The notes under the pieces: generated by a model | The model's input: only the letters and a program-made list of their open reading frames with translations | The model's database searches: none | Told to the model about the DNA's origin: nothing | Position numbers and translations under genes: made by a program | DNA from: Acidobacteriota bacterium | GTDB taxonomy: Bacteria; Acidobacteriota; CAIWXX01 | DNA length: 64,000 nucleotides | Assembly: GCA_040755995.1 (NCBI GenBank) | Contig: JBFMAF010000045.1 | Span: 1 to 64,000, forward strand | Direction of reading: 5' to 3' | Shown here: piece by piece, positions 19,051 to 28,799 of the stretch | Position numbering within the stretch: the first letter of the stretch is position 1 | Layout of the letters: every line of letters begins with the position of its first letter

Positions 19051-19079
19051 AATGTAGATCACAGGTGCGGTAAAGTCAA
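19051..19079 (-). promoter_or_regulatory. Predicted sigma70 promoter for the polX-nth-...-bshA run
   Basis: Minus strand TTGACT-17 bp-TACATT, 13 nt before the polX ATG. Confidence 0.55.
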
Positions 19080-19095
19080 CAAAGCGGTCCGGCGT

Positions 19096-19244
19096 TCCGG
19101 CGTACCGAGCCGCCATCGCGCAGACAGCGCCGCCGCCGCGAACGCGTCGGCCATCCACCTCCCGCGCGGCCTGGTGTGAGACGGCCACCGTCAGGCGACT
19201 TCCCGGGACTTGCGCCACGCAACAACCATGCATAGGATGCGTTC
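19096..19244 (+). repeat. Diverged direct repeat copy A containing a predicted promoter
   Basis: Aligns with 22997-23141; TTGCGC-17-TAGGAT at 19210-19238. Confidence 0.85.
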
Positions 19245-19320
19245 AAGAGGGTGGGAAGATGATCCATGCGCGGTCCGAGGGAACGGGCATCCACAGGTTC
19301 TGTTCGACACGGGAATTCAC

Positions 19321-19773
19321 ATGAAGAGGAGGATGGCCATCGTAGGTGCCGCCACACTGGTCGTTGCCGTCGCCCTGGTGATGTTCCACCAATGGGTGCA
19401 GACCGATGGGCGCCCGGGACTCCGTGGATTCCCAGAGCCGAGTCTCAGACAGGATGTGGTCCAAGAAGGGATGATCGTCCCGCTAGCTTCATGTGACACC
19501 AAGCCACGGATTCAAACTACCTGCGCGGCCACCTACCCGTCTCACGCACTCGGCACCGATGCCGGCGGCACGGTCGTCGTGAGCGTGCTAGTTTCAGAGA
19601 CCGGCGAAGTCATCGATGCAAAGGTAAGCAAGCCGAGCGGCTCGAAATACAGCTTCGACGAGGCCGCACTCGATGCTGCACGGAAGTACACGTTCGATCC
19701 TGCCGTGAAAGACGGCAGGCGCGTGAAGGTCTGGATCGACCTGCCGGTCTTTGACTTTCGACCACCGCGATGA
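19321..19773 (+). CDS. Short TonB C-terminal-domain protein
   Basis: N-terminal TM helix, YP...GTVVVSVLVSETGEV, FDEAALDAARKYTFDPAVKDGRRVKVWI. Confidence 0.85.
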   Translation: MKRRMAIVGAATLVVAVALVMFHQWVQTDGRPGLRGFPEPSLRQDVVQEGMIVPLASCDTKPRIQTTCAATYPSHALGTDAGGTVVVSVLVSETGEVIDAKVSKPSGSKYSFDEAALDAARKYTFDPAVKDGRRVKVWIDLPVFDFRPPR

Positions 19774-20150
19774 GGGGATGGATGATGCTGCTGAGGTTGT
19801 CCGAGTCAATCGAGTTGGTCGTCTTCGTGGCTGGGCTGGTCCTCTTGGGGCTGTGCGTGCGGGTCGCGCGAGAGAGCGAGAGAATAGCGATTCTGCGACT
19901 CGGTCGTCTTGCCGGTATTCGTGGTCCTGGGCTGGTATTCGTATTCCCAATCGTCGACAAGACCAGACGCATCGATCTTGATCGCGAGATCCCCGGTTGG
20001 CGGTCTCTGAGGAGTGATCAGCTGCCGGAGGTGATTCGACTGCGGCTCGTAGCCTCAGGATTCGGATGTTTAGGCAGTGTCAATCTCAATCGCTCTGGCT
20101 CTGGGCCTCCAGGGGAGGAACACCAGCGTTCCACTTGGCCCAATTCTTGA
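19770..20150 (+). CDS. Truncated SPFH/band-7-like membrane protein
   Basis: TM helix then ERIAILRLGRLAGIRGPGLVFVFPIVDK (stomatin-like N-terminus); far shorter than a full SPFH protein. Confidence 0.6.
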   Translation: MRGWMMLLRLSESIELVVFVAGLVLLGLCVRVARESERIAILRLGRLAGIRGPGLVFVFPIVDKTRRIDLDREIPGWRSLRSDQLPEVIRLRLVASGFGCLGSVNLNRSGSGPPGEEHQRSTWPNS

Positions 20151-21168
20151 TCATAAACCGGGTGACGGCGCTGCCGGCGCGATAGGCATTCTCGAGGGCG
20201 GCGCGATAGCCTCCATTATCGGCATGAATGGACTCGAGTGCAGACTGTCCGGGATACTGCTGATCGAAGTTGCTCGCAGCGCGCAGTATCATGACTCGAT
20301 CGAGGCCGACTAAGCCGGCCTTGCTCAGCCGGGTGAGCGCCGTCATCGTGCCACAATCCTCGGAACAGGTCATTCCGTAGGTCCCAGCGCCTGCTGTCCA
20401 CTGCTTCACCCACCAATCGGCCCAATCACTGGCCAGCTTTCCGTGTCGATACGTCGCGGTTGCGAGCACATCGGCCTTGAGCACGAATGGTGGGCGCCGG
20501 GCAGGTGTACCCTCGGGGTACCTGCCACGGTATTCCCGAATCGCTTCGCTGTCGAACAACTCGACGTCTCGCGACAGCCGGAAGGCCCATTCGGTCAGCT
20601 GCGCATTCAGGTGATACACCTCATGTCCGGCCCTCCAATTTTCGCACCACGGCTCGTCGCACCACATGCGGGATCGAGGGTGTTTCCAATTCGAAGGCAA
20701 CTCTCTGATGTCTATCTCCTGGTTGAGATCCGCATCCACGATCCATTCAGCCCAGGCAGCCGAACCCAACGTGGCGACATTCGGCGGTGTTCCCGCCGAA
20801 CCGGCGACCAGGAAGTAGGTGTTCCGAAGATCCAGCCGATCGGATAGCCCAACCGCCATCAATGATGCGGCGGCATTGGCGGGACCGACATCGGTGACTA
20901 TCAGGCAATGACCGGCGTCGTTGTAGGCGAGAGGACTGGCCACACCTGGGATCGACATCCGTCTGTTCAGGCTCTCGTGCTCAACCCACAACCGTGCCTC
21001 TCCATAATCGCCATCCGGCGCATCTATATCGCTCACCGCCACGATCGTCATGATCTTGATCGGAATCGCATCAGGGCCAGGAGAAGCCGGTTCAACTGGT
21101 CTGGGCAGCATTGCCCCGAATATCAGACCACAGATCAGCACGTTGCACAGCGCGGTTCTGCTCGTCAT
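20086..21168 (-). CDS. Purine nucleoside permease (NUP)-family secreted protein
   Basis: Signal peptide; NAAASLMA, DLRNTYFLVAGSAG, TLGSAAWAEWIVD, VYHLN, RVMILRAASNFDQ. Confidence 0.8.
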   Translation of the reverse strand: MTSRTALCNVLICGLIFGAMLPRPVEPASPGPDAIPIKIMTIVAVSDIDAPDGDYGEARLWVEHESLNRRMSIPGVASPLAYNDAGHCLIVTDVGPANAAASLMAVGLSDRLDLRNTYFLVAGSAGTPPNVATLGSAAWAEWIVDADLNQEIDIRELPSNWKHPRSRMWCDEPWCENWRAGHEVYHLNAQLTEWAFRLSRDVELFDSEAIREYRGRYPEGTPARRPPFVLKADVLATATYRHGKLASDWADWWVKQWTAGAGTYGMTCSEDCGTMTALTRLSKAGLVGLDRVMILRAASNFDQQYPGQSALESIHADNGGYRAALENAYRAGSAVTRFMIKNWAKWNAGVPPLEAQSQSD

Positions 21169-21189
21169 GTAAGATCCCCTTTCCAGTCA

Positions 21190-21394
21190 CGGAGGCGGCC
21201 GCACCCGTCCATGGCGGTCTTCAGGGAGGCGACATCCTCGACGTCTCCACGCACGACTTCGAAGCCCGCGCCAAGGGCCGCAGTGGCCTTCTCTGGACTG
21301 CGGCTGAGGACGCGCACCGGGAAACCGTCCGAGACGAGCCGACGGGCTCGCCGAGCATCCCCGTGGCCCCGATCACGAGAACCCGTTCTACCAT
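21190..21394 (-). pseudogene. Frameshifted, truncated NAD(P)-binding Rossmann (SDR/NmrA-like) gene remnant
   Basis: GGAGGAG RBS, MVERVLVIGATGMLGEPV, then in another frame RLVSDGFPVRVLSRSPEKA...FEVVRGDVEDVASLKTAMDGC; similarity stops just before the NUP gene. Confidence 0.8.
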
Positions 21395-21440
21395 GAATGA
21401 CTCCTCCCGAGCCGATGCTGAGTGGCAGCTCGTCGAGCTA

Positions 21441-22763
21441 TTATGGAAGCGGCGTGTCTCGCGCCACCGTCTGCGGATACCCCACAGGGCGGATCAAGGG
21501 CCGGCGCGTCTCGACCAGGCGCTCAAGGAAGCGGGCGGCGGTGGATGGTCCGTCGGTGCGTGCGAGAGCCGCCGCGATCTCCAGCGCTCTCTGCTTGAAG
21601 CCGTCCTCCTTCAGCAGGCGCGTGACCTTGGCGGCGATCTCCTCGGAGGTGGATCGAGCCAGGTCGGCGCGCAGCCCTGCGCCAAGGGCGACGACTCGAC
21701 TGGCGTTATCGCCCTGTTCCCCGCCGACCGGCAACACCAGGAGAGGTCTGCCCGCCGCGAGGGTCTCGTTGACGGTGTTGTTGCCGCCATGGCTCACGAC
21801 CACGTCCACGTGCTTGAGCACCTCGATTTGAGGGACGGAGCGGTAGAGCAGCACGTGGGAGGGCGGCGCACTCTTTCGCAGGCGACTGAACGCTCCGCCA
21901 GCGCTCACCACCACCTGGCATGAACCGTCCGAAAGGGCTCTGATGATCCTCGCAAACGCCTGCGGCTTTCGGTTGAATACTGTCCCCATGGACACGTAGA
22001 CCCTCGGCCTGTCCGCAAGCAGTTGCCCCGTGTCAAACGGCGGGCCGGCCTCGTCGCCCCTGCCTGCGAAGCAGGGGCCGATGTAGTAGGAAGTTGGCGG
22101 CAGAGGATCTCGCGGAGCCTCGCTGGCTTCGGCGGTCAGCACTAGGGTCAGCCACGGCGACTGCGGGCGCGTCAGGAATCCGGGCTCGGACAGCGGCAGT
22201 CCCAGCCGCCGGCGCGCGCGCCCGATCGACCGGTCCACCCACTGCTCCAGCGTGTCCAACGCCCGTCGGTAGCGCTCCCCCTCCGCTCCCAGCGGTTCCC
22301 CGATCGGGAGCCCGCTGGCGAACGGCGGGATGCCAGGGCCGCGGAAGCTCAGACCGGCATGGTAGATCAGGGCGTACGGGATGCCGCGCGTCTCCGCCGC
22401 CAACCCCGCACCGATGTAAGCGAAGTCGCAGACCACTGCATCGGGTCTCACGCGTCCGATGATTCCTTGGAAGGCTCTGCCGGTGAGCCTCAACCCCGAG
22501 TAGAAGGCGTGAGCTGCGAACCAGGTCTCTCGAAAATCGCTCAGAAGCGGCACCACGATCATCTTCATCGAAACCAGCGCAATCGGCAGGCTGCGGATGT
22601 TGATGAACTGGAAGCCGGCGGTTTCCACGTAGCGCTGCATCGGCCCGGGAGCGAAGCCTGCGAAGACGACTTCGTGGCCACGGGAACGCAACTGGCGTCC
22701 GATCGCCAACATGGGGTTGATGTGACCCCTGGCGGGTTGTGCTGCGAACAAGTAGGTACTCAT
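21441..22763 (-). CDS. GT1-family (MGT/UDP-glycosyltransferase-like) glycosyltransferase
   Basis: GHINPML, RPDAVVCD, VYVSMGTV, VPQIEVL...VVSHGGNNTVNETL..G.P, GEQGDNA. Confidence 0.9.
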   Translation of the reverse strand: MSTYLFAAQPARGHINPMLAIGRQLRSRGHEVVFAGFAPGPMQRYVETAGFQFINIRSLPIALVSMKMIVVPLLSDFRETWFAAHAFYSGLRLTGRAFQGIIGRVRPDAVVCDFAYIGAGLAAETRGIPYALIYHAGLSFRGPGIPPFASGLPIGEPLGAEGERYRRALDTLEQWVDRSIGRARRRLGLPLSEPGFLTRPQSPWLTLVLTAEASEAPRDPLPPTSYYIGPCFAGRGDEAGPPFDTGQLLADRPRVYVSMGTVFNRKPQAFARIIRALSDGSCQVVVSAGGAFSRLRKSAPPSHVLLYRSVPQIEVLKHVDVVVSHGGNNTVNETLAAGRPLLVLPVGGEQGDNASRVVALGAGLRADLARSTSEEIAAKVTRLLKEDGFKQRALEIAAALARTDGPSTAARFLERLVETRRPLIRPVGYPQTVARDTPLP

Positions 22764-22996
22764 CGCGTCTCCCTATCTCCGTCTGCCGCCGGTTTGGTGC
22801 CTCACGGATTCGACATGCCGGGTTATGGAACGATGAGGATGCCGGCCGATGCCGAGGTTAGGGCCAACCTGCCGAAGCCGCGTGGCGCGTCGGGCCAGCG
22901 TGCAGCCAGTGGTCATTACGTGGCGGTTCCAGCTGCGCATCGGTGGCTCCAGCTGGCTACTATAGACCGGCGAGCGCCAAGGACACCAGGCCAATG

Positions 22997-23141
22997 TCCG
23001 GCGTACCGAGCTGCCATCGCGCAGGAAGCGCCGCCGGAAAGGCGCGGACTGTGCATTCCCACGTGGCCTGGCCTGAGAGGCTGACTGCCAGGCGCCCTTC
23101 CGGGACTTGCACCTCGCGGCGACCATGCATAAGATGCCTTC
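22997..23141 (+). repeat. Diverged direct repeat copy B containing a predicted promoter
   Basis: Aligns with 19096-19244; TTGCAC-17-TAAGAT at 23107-23135. Confidence 0.85.
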
Positions 23142-23155
23142 GATCCAGGTACGCC

Positions 23156-23195
23156 TTCCATTGCCTGACTGAAATGGATATAATTCCATTTTAGT
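23156..23195 (+). promoter_or_regulatory. Promoter with an inverted repeat centred on the -10 box
   Basis: TTCCAT-17-TATAAT; actgaaatgga TATAAT tccattttagt (10/11 inverted repeat). Confidence 0.65.
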
Positions 23196-23218
23196 TAAAC
23201 CGTTTTGGAGTGACTTCC

Positions 23219-24382
23219 ATGACAGGACAGATCAGACGGTTGCTGCAAATCGACTTGCCGGCGGGGCAATCGGCCTTCCTGTGGGGGCCGCGGAAAACAG
23301 GCAAGACCACCTATCTCCGCCATGCGTTTCCGAAGAGTCTGGTCTACGATCTCCTGGACACGGAGCTCTATCTTGAGCTGACGAAACGGCCGCACCTGCT
23401 TCGCGAGCAGCTCGTGGCCGCGAGTCCGCACCAGCTTGAGCATCCGGTCATCATCGACGAAGTCCAGAAGGTGCCGCAGCTGCTGGACGAGATTCATTGG
23501 CTCATCGAAAACAGGCGGGTTCGCTTCATCCTCTGCGGCTCCAGCGCGCGGAAGGTCAAGCGCGGAAGAGCGAATTTGCTTGGCGGCCGCGCGTGGCGCT
23601 ATGAAATGCATCCGCTTGTCTCCGCCGAGATTGGGAGCCTGGATCTGCTTTCGGCCCTGAACCGGGGCCTTCTACCCGCTCACTTTCTACAGCAGGACTA
23701 CTCCAGATCGCTGCATGCCTACTTGCGCGACTACCTCAAGGAAGAGGTCTTCGAGGAAGGCCTGACCCGCAACATCCCCGCGTTTTCTCGGTTCTTCGAT
23801 GCCGTGGGGTATTCGCACGGCGAGCTGACCAACTACGCGAACATCGCCCGCGACTGCGGCGTGGATTCCAAGACGGTCAAGGAGTACTACCAGATTCTGG
23901 TGGACACGCTGCTCGGCACCATGATCGAGCCATTCAAGAGACGGCAGGAGCGCCAGGTAATCTCCAGGGCCGGAAAGTTTTATCTCTTCGATGCCGGGGT
24001 CGCCGGGGCGATCACTCGGCGGCACCTGGCCGCGGAGAGAGGAGAACAGTTCGGAAAGGCCTTCGAGCACTTCATCCTGATGGAGATCCTTGCGCACCGG
24101 TCATACCGCGACCTCGGCTACGACGTCAACTTCTGGCGGACCAAGGCGGGGCAGGAGGTCGATTTCGTACTGGGCGGAGGGGAGGTGGCCATAGAGGTGA
24201 AGGGCGCGTCCCGAGTCGACTCCACCGAGCTGAGGTCCCTCCGCGCCTTCGTAGATGTTCAACGTCCCAAGAAGGCCCTGGTCGTCTGTGCCGAAACACG
24301 GCCGCGCATGTACGACGGCATACAGGTGCTGCCGTGGCGGCTGTTCCTGGACATGTTGTGGGGCGGGAAGATCATCGCCTGA
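23219..24382 (+). CDS. AAA_14 ATPase with DUF4143 (PD-(D/E)XK-like) C-terminus
   Basis: GPRKTGKTT, IIDEVQKVP, LCGSS, LGGRA, KFYLFDAG, FWRTKAGQEVDFVL..IEVK. Confidence 0.9.
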   Translation: MTGQIRRLLQIDLPAGQSAFLWGPRKTGKTTYLRHAFPKSLVYDLLDTELYLELTKRPHLLREQLVAASPHQLEHPVIIDEVQKVPQLLDEIHWLIENRRVRFILCGSSARKVKRGRANLLGGRAWRYEMHPLVSAEIGSLDLLSALNRGLLPAHFLQQDYSRSLHAYLRDYLKEEVFEEGLTRNIPAFSRFFDAVGYSHGELTNYANIARDCGVDSKTVKEYYQILVDTLLGTMIEPFKRRQERQVISRAGKFYLFDAGVAGAITRRHLAAERGEQFGKAFEHFILMEILAHRSYRDLGYDVNFWRTKAGQEVDFVLGGGEVAIEVKGASRVDSTELRSLRAFVDVQRPKKALVVCAETRPRMYDGIQVLPWRLFLDMLWGGKIIA

Positions 24383-24649
24383 GCAGAGGCATATCGAGGC
24401 CGCCCGGCTCTATGCCATGGCGTGCCGCGGCCGTGCCGGGAATCTACAACGCTTCCGGCAGCGGGAGCGTGGGCCGATCGCGGCGTTCAAGGGCTTCGAA
24501 ATCGCTCGGAGCTTGCGGTCGCAAGTCCGGGCGGCAGCCTCATCGACCTCCGGTCGCCGTCGTCGTCGTCGTTGCACCGCGGGAGAACTCGGCCGGCGTT
24601 TGTGCTACGATTGGAGGTTCGACGGAGGATACTTCGAGGAGTCTGGTGT

Positions 24650-26332
24650 ATGACAGAGTCGGTTGCGAGCGCCCCGGTCCATTTCATCAAGGACATCATC
24701 AACGAGGACTTGCGAACGGGCAAGCACAGCCGGGTGCATACGCGTTTCCCGCCCGAGCCTAACGGCTATCTGCACATCGGCCATGCGAAATCGATCTGCC
24801 TGAACTTTGGGCTGGCCAACGAGTACCACGGCAAGTGCAACCTCAGGTTCGATGACACGAACCCCTCGAAAGAGGAAGTGGAGTATGTCGAGTCCATCAT
24901 GGATACGGTCCGATGGCTGGGATTCGACTGGGAGGACCGCTGCTTCTACGCGTCCGACTACTTCGAACGTCTCTATCAGTACGCAGAGCACCTGATCCAG
25001 CACGGCAAGGCGTTCGTCTGCCATCTTGGCGCGGACGAAATTCGCGAATACCGAGGCACCCTCACGGAACCGGGCAAGGATAGCCCATATCGAAACCGGC
25101 CGGTCGAAGAAAGCCTCGACCTGTTCCGGCGCATGCGGGCAGGTGAGTTCCCAGACGGCCACTGCGTGCTGCGCGCCAAGATCGACATGACATCGGGCAA
25201 CATCAACATGCGCGACCCGGTCATCTATCGCATCCTCCGCGCGTCTCACCACCGCACAGGCGACGCCTGGTGCATCTACCCGATGTACGACTACGCCCAC
25301 CCCATATGTGATGCGATCGAAGGAATCACGCATTCGATATGCACGCTCGAATTCGAGGACCACAGGCCTTTCTACGACTGGCTGCTGGATCAGCTCCCCG
25401 TCCCCTGCCATCCTCAGCAGATCGAGTTCGCCCGCCTGAACCTCACGTACACTGTGATGAGCAAGCGCAAGCTCCTCCAGCTGGTTCAAGGAGGACACGT
25501 GGCCGGATGGGACGATCCGAGGATGCCCACGCTGGCTGGCATGCGCCGGCGCGGCTTCACGCCGGAGGCCATACGGGACTTCTGCGAACGGATCGGCGTC
25601 GCAAAGGTGAATAGTACGGTCGACTACGCATTCCTCGAACATTGCCTCCGCGACGACCTGAACCGGCGCGCCCAGCGGGTCATGGCGGTCCTGCGCCCCT
25701 TGCGCGTCGTGCTGGAAAACTACCCGGAAGGGCGCGTCGAGGAGCTGGACGCGGTCAACAACCCCGAGGACCCGGCAGCGGGCACCCGCAAGATCCCGTT
25801 CAGCAGAGTGTTCTACATCGAGCAGGATGATTTCAAGGAGATCCCGCCCAAGAAGTTCTACCGCCTCTCCCCTGGCCGGGAGATCCGGCTGAAGCACGCG
25901 TACATTATCAAGTGCACCGGCGTCGTGAAGGACGAGAAGGGTGAGATCGTGGAGCTGCGATGTACTTATGATCCCGATTCGCGGGGCGGCGAGGCAACGG
26001 ATGGGCGCGTGATCAAAGTCACTGCGCACTGGGTTTCAGCTCCACACGCGATCGATGCGGAGGTGAGACTCTACGACCACCTTTTCACCGTCGATGACCC
26101 CGGGGAAGCCGGCGACTTCGCCGCGTGCATCAATCCCGCCTCGCTGGAAGTGCTCCGGGGATGCAAGGTCGAGCCAGGCCTTGCCTCCATGCAGCCCGGG
26201 TCCTTCTGCCAGTTCATGCGCCAGGGCTACTTCTGCGCCGACCTGGTCGACCATGCGCGCGAGCACCCGGTGTTCAACAGGACCGTGTCGCTCAAGGACG
26301 AGTGGGCGAGGATTCTGAAGCGGACGGAATAG
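24650..26332 (+). CDS. glnS: Glutamine--tRNA ligase
   Basis: [53 protein letters not shown]. Confidence 0.97.
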   Translation: MTESVASAPVHFIKDIINEDLRTGKHSRVHTRFPPEPNGYLHIGHAKSICLNFGLANEYHGKCNLRFDDTNPSKEEVEYVESIMDTVRWLGFDWEDRCFYASDYFERLYQYAEHLIQHGKAFVCHLGADEIREYRGTLTEPGKDSPYRNRPVEESLDLFRRMRAGEFPDGHCVLRAKIDMTSGNINMRDPVIYRILRASHHRTGDAWCIYPMYDYAHPICDAIEGITHSICTLEFEDHRPFYDWLLDQLPVPCHPQQIEFARLNLTYTVMSKRKLLQLVQGGHVAGWDDPRMPTLAGMRRRGFTPEAIRDFCERIGVAKVNSTVDYAFLEHCLRDDLNRRAQRVMAVLRPLRVVLENYPEGRVEELDAVNNPEDPAAGTRKIPFSRVFYIEQDDFKEIPPKKFYRLSPGREIRLKHAYIIKCTGVVKDEKGEIVELRCTYDPDSRGGEATDGRVIKVTAHWVSAPHAIDAEVRLYDHLFTVDDPGEAGDFAACINPASLEVLRGCKVEPGLASMQPGSFCQFMRQGYFCADLVDHAREHPVFNRTVSLKDEWARILKRTE

Positions 26333-26387
26333 GGTGAGTAGGAGACCGTATTGCGATTGATATCCGACGGCGCGGGTGCGCACGAAC

Positions 26388-26433
26388 CGGAGACGCGGAG
26401 AGGCGGAGACACGGAGACGGAGAAACGGAGAGA
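26388..26433. repeat. Octamer tandem repeat (CGGAGANN)
   Basis: cggagacg cggagagg cggagaca cggaga cggagaaa cggagaga; same family as 16546-16590. Confidence 0.75.
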
Positions 26434-26523
26434 GGCCGAGTACATGGTCAGAGCGCGATCGAGTCCGACAATCCCGCCGCAGGGCGAGCTCGCAGATTAG
26501 ATGCGGCGCGGCCAAGGTGAGAT

Positions 26524-28002
26524 ATGAGTGAAGTACGGGTCCGATTTGCGCCGTCGCCCACGGGACACCTGCACGTGGGAAGTGCTCGCACCGCCATATT
26601 CAACTGGCTCTTCGCGCGCCATCACGGCGGCGCATTCATCTTGAGGATCGAGGACACCGACCGCACGCGTTCGAGCGACGAGTACACGCGGTCGATTCTC
26701 GACGGGATGCGATGGCTGGGGATGGATTGGGACGAAGGACCTGAGATCGGTGGCGGGTTCGGGCCGTACTTCCAGGCGCAGCGGCTGCATCTGTATCGAG
26801 AGGCCGCCGAAGGCCTCGTCCGGGAGAGGAAGGCCTATCGGTGCTTCTGCACGCCCGAGCGGCTGGATGCTCTGCGCGAGCAGCAGCAGGCGGCGAATCT
26901 GCAGACCCGATACGACGGGCTCTGCCGCGAGATCTCGGCAGAGGACGCCGGGCTGCGAGTGGAGCGCGGAGAGAAGTGCGTCATCCGCATGAAGGTGTCG
27001 ACCGGCGAAGTCATAGAATGGAATGACCTCTGCAAAGGGACAATCTCGATCACGACCGAGCTGCTCGATGACATGGTGCTCCTCAAGTCCGACGGGTTCC
27101 CAATGTACAACTTCGCCGTAGTGGTGGACGACGCCGGCATGAAGATCACCCATGTGATCCGCGGCGAAGACCACATCTCGAACACTCCCAAGCAGATCCT
27201 GACCTACCGCGCTCTCGGGTTCGAGCCGCCTTTTTTCGGTCACATCCCTATGATCCTCGGCACCGATCGCTCCAAGCTCAGCAAGCGGCACGGTGCCACC
27301 AATGTGATCGAATACGAGAAGGCGGGCTTCTTGCCCGACGCGTTCTTCAACTTCCTCGCTCTGCTCGGCTGGTCGCCGCCTGATGAGCGGGAGTTGCTGA
27401 AACGCGAGGAGATTGTGCAGCTCTTCAGCCTGGGTCGCGTGGCCGCTCACGGCGCGATCTTCGACATCGAGAAGCTCAAGTGGATGAACCTTCAGTACAT
27501 CAAGACGGTTACAGGCGAGGGTTTGCTGAGTCGTTGCGAGCCTTTCCTGCAACGAATTCCGGGATATCCGGGCGAGTATGAGCGGCGCGAGCTGCTGGAA
27601 ATGGCGTCGCTCTTCCGCGAGCGGATGAGCACGCTGCCCGAGATCACTCACCTGGCCTGGTACTTCTTCAACGAGCCGGACTCCTACGACGAGAAGGGAC
27701 TCAAGAACGCGCTCAAGACGCCGAACCTCGATGCTGTCATGGCGGAGCTTGCCGGGGAGCTCGAGATGCTCGACACGTTCTCGCACGAGCGCATCGAGAA
27801 GGCGATTCGCACGGTGGCGGAACGCCGCGGCATGGGGGCCGGCAAGGTGATCCATCCGGCGCGTCTCGCCGTGAGCGGTCGCAGCGAGGGGCCGGGGCTG
27901 TTTGAGATGATCCAGGTCCTGGGACGGGAGCGATGTCTGAGGCGCATACGCGCATTTGTCGAGCGACGGCCTTGGGGCCAGCCGCACGGCCACGCAGCCT
28001 GA
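26524..28002 (+). CDS. gltX: Glutamate--tRNA ligase
   Basis: RFAPSPTGHLHVG, LRIEDTD, HVIRGEDH, KLSKRHG, LLGWS. Confidence 0.97.
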   Translation: MSEVRVRFAPSPTGHLHVGSARTAIFNWLFARHHGGAFILRIEDTDRTRSSDEYTRSILDGMRWLGMDWDEGPEIGGGFGPYFQAQRLHLYREAAEGLVRERKAYRCFCTPERLDALREQQQAANLQTRYDGLCREISAEDAGLRVERGEKCVIRMKVSTGEVIEWNDLCKGTISITTELLDDMVLLKSDGFPMYNFAVVVDDAGMKITHVIRGEDHISNTPKQILTYRALGFEPPFFGHIPMILGTDRSKLSKRHGATNVIEYEKAGFLPDAFFNFLALLGWSPPDERELLKREEIVQLFSLGRVAAHGAIFDIEKLKWMNLQYIKTVTGEGLLSRCEPFLQRIPGYPGEYERRELLEMASLFRERMSTLPEITHLAWYFFNEPDSYDEKGLKNALKTPNLDAVMAELAGELEMLDTFSHERIEKAIRTVAERRGMGAGKVIHPARLAVSGRSEGPGLFEMIQVLGRERCLRRIRAFVERRPWGQPHGHAA

Positions 28003-28021
28003 GATCGAGGGTTGGCAGGCG

Positions 28022-28564
28022 ATGCCCGGACACGTGCACTTCAAACACCCCGTGTCGAGCTTCACGTACTGCCCGCGGTGTGCGGTGCCGCTCGCCTTGG
28101 AGAGCCACAGCCATCGCGTGCGCAAAGTATGCCCTGCGTGCCGGTTCGTCGATTTCCACAATCCGGCGCCTGCCGCCGGAGCTGTCGTCGTCGAGGATGG
28201 GAAGCTGCTGCTCGTGAGACGCGCGCACGATCCGTTCAAGGGTGACTGGTGCTTCCCGGCCGGATTTGTCGAGTGGGATGAATCGCCGCGGGAGTGCGCC
28301 GAGCGCGAGGTGAGGGAGGAGACTGGTCTGGAGATCGCCGCGAAGGAGATCTTCAACGTCTACTCAGGCTCGGACGACCCGCGCACCAACGCAATCCTGG
28401 TGCTCTACTTCGCGGAGGTCACCGGAGGAAACCCGGTCGCGGGCGACGATGCGTCTGAGATCCGCTTCTTCGGCGCGGGGGAGATACCGCAGGAGATCGC
28501 CTTCGAGGCTCACCGGCGGGCTATCAGAGACCTGAGGGAGCGATATCCCCGCTCATTGAAGTGA
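28022..28564 (+). CDS. Nudix hydrolase with N-terminal zinc ribbon
   Basis: CPRC...CPAC; Nudix box GFVEWDESPRECAEREVREETG; GDDA. Confidence 0.92.
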   Translation: MPGHVHFKHPVSSFTYCPRCAVPLALESHSHRVRKVCPACRFVDFHNPAPAAGAVVVEDGKLLLVRRAHDPFKGDWCFPAGFVEWDESPRECAEREVREETGLEIAAKEIFNVYSGSDDPRTNAILVLYFAEVTGGNPVAGDDASEIRFFGAGEIPQEIAFEAHRRAIRDLRERYPRSLK

Positions 28565-28799
28565 CGAGTGCGCAACGGCGCGGGCAGGTATGGGCATCGG
28601 CCAGCGATCGCGGATACCGCGACCGCAGGGTCTCGTCCGGCTGGAATCGTCTCCTCGTTCTGATAAAGTAAGAGTCGATATCGGGGTCGAGAAGCGCGGG
28701 AGGGACGGGGTTGACCGGAGTGAACCGCATGCGAACTGGGACCATAAGTGGGCGCGCCTGGTCCTGCGACGTGGCAAGTCGCACTGAAGGGGCACAAGC

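Noticed and set aside
24383..24649. N-terminal extension of GlnS or a gene fragment after the AAA ATPase
   Set aside because: GlnS homology begins at the ATG at 24650 with a GAGGAG RBS; the upstream frames have no recognisable motif
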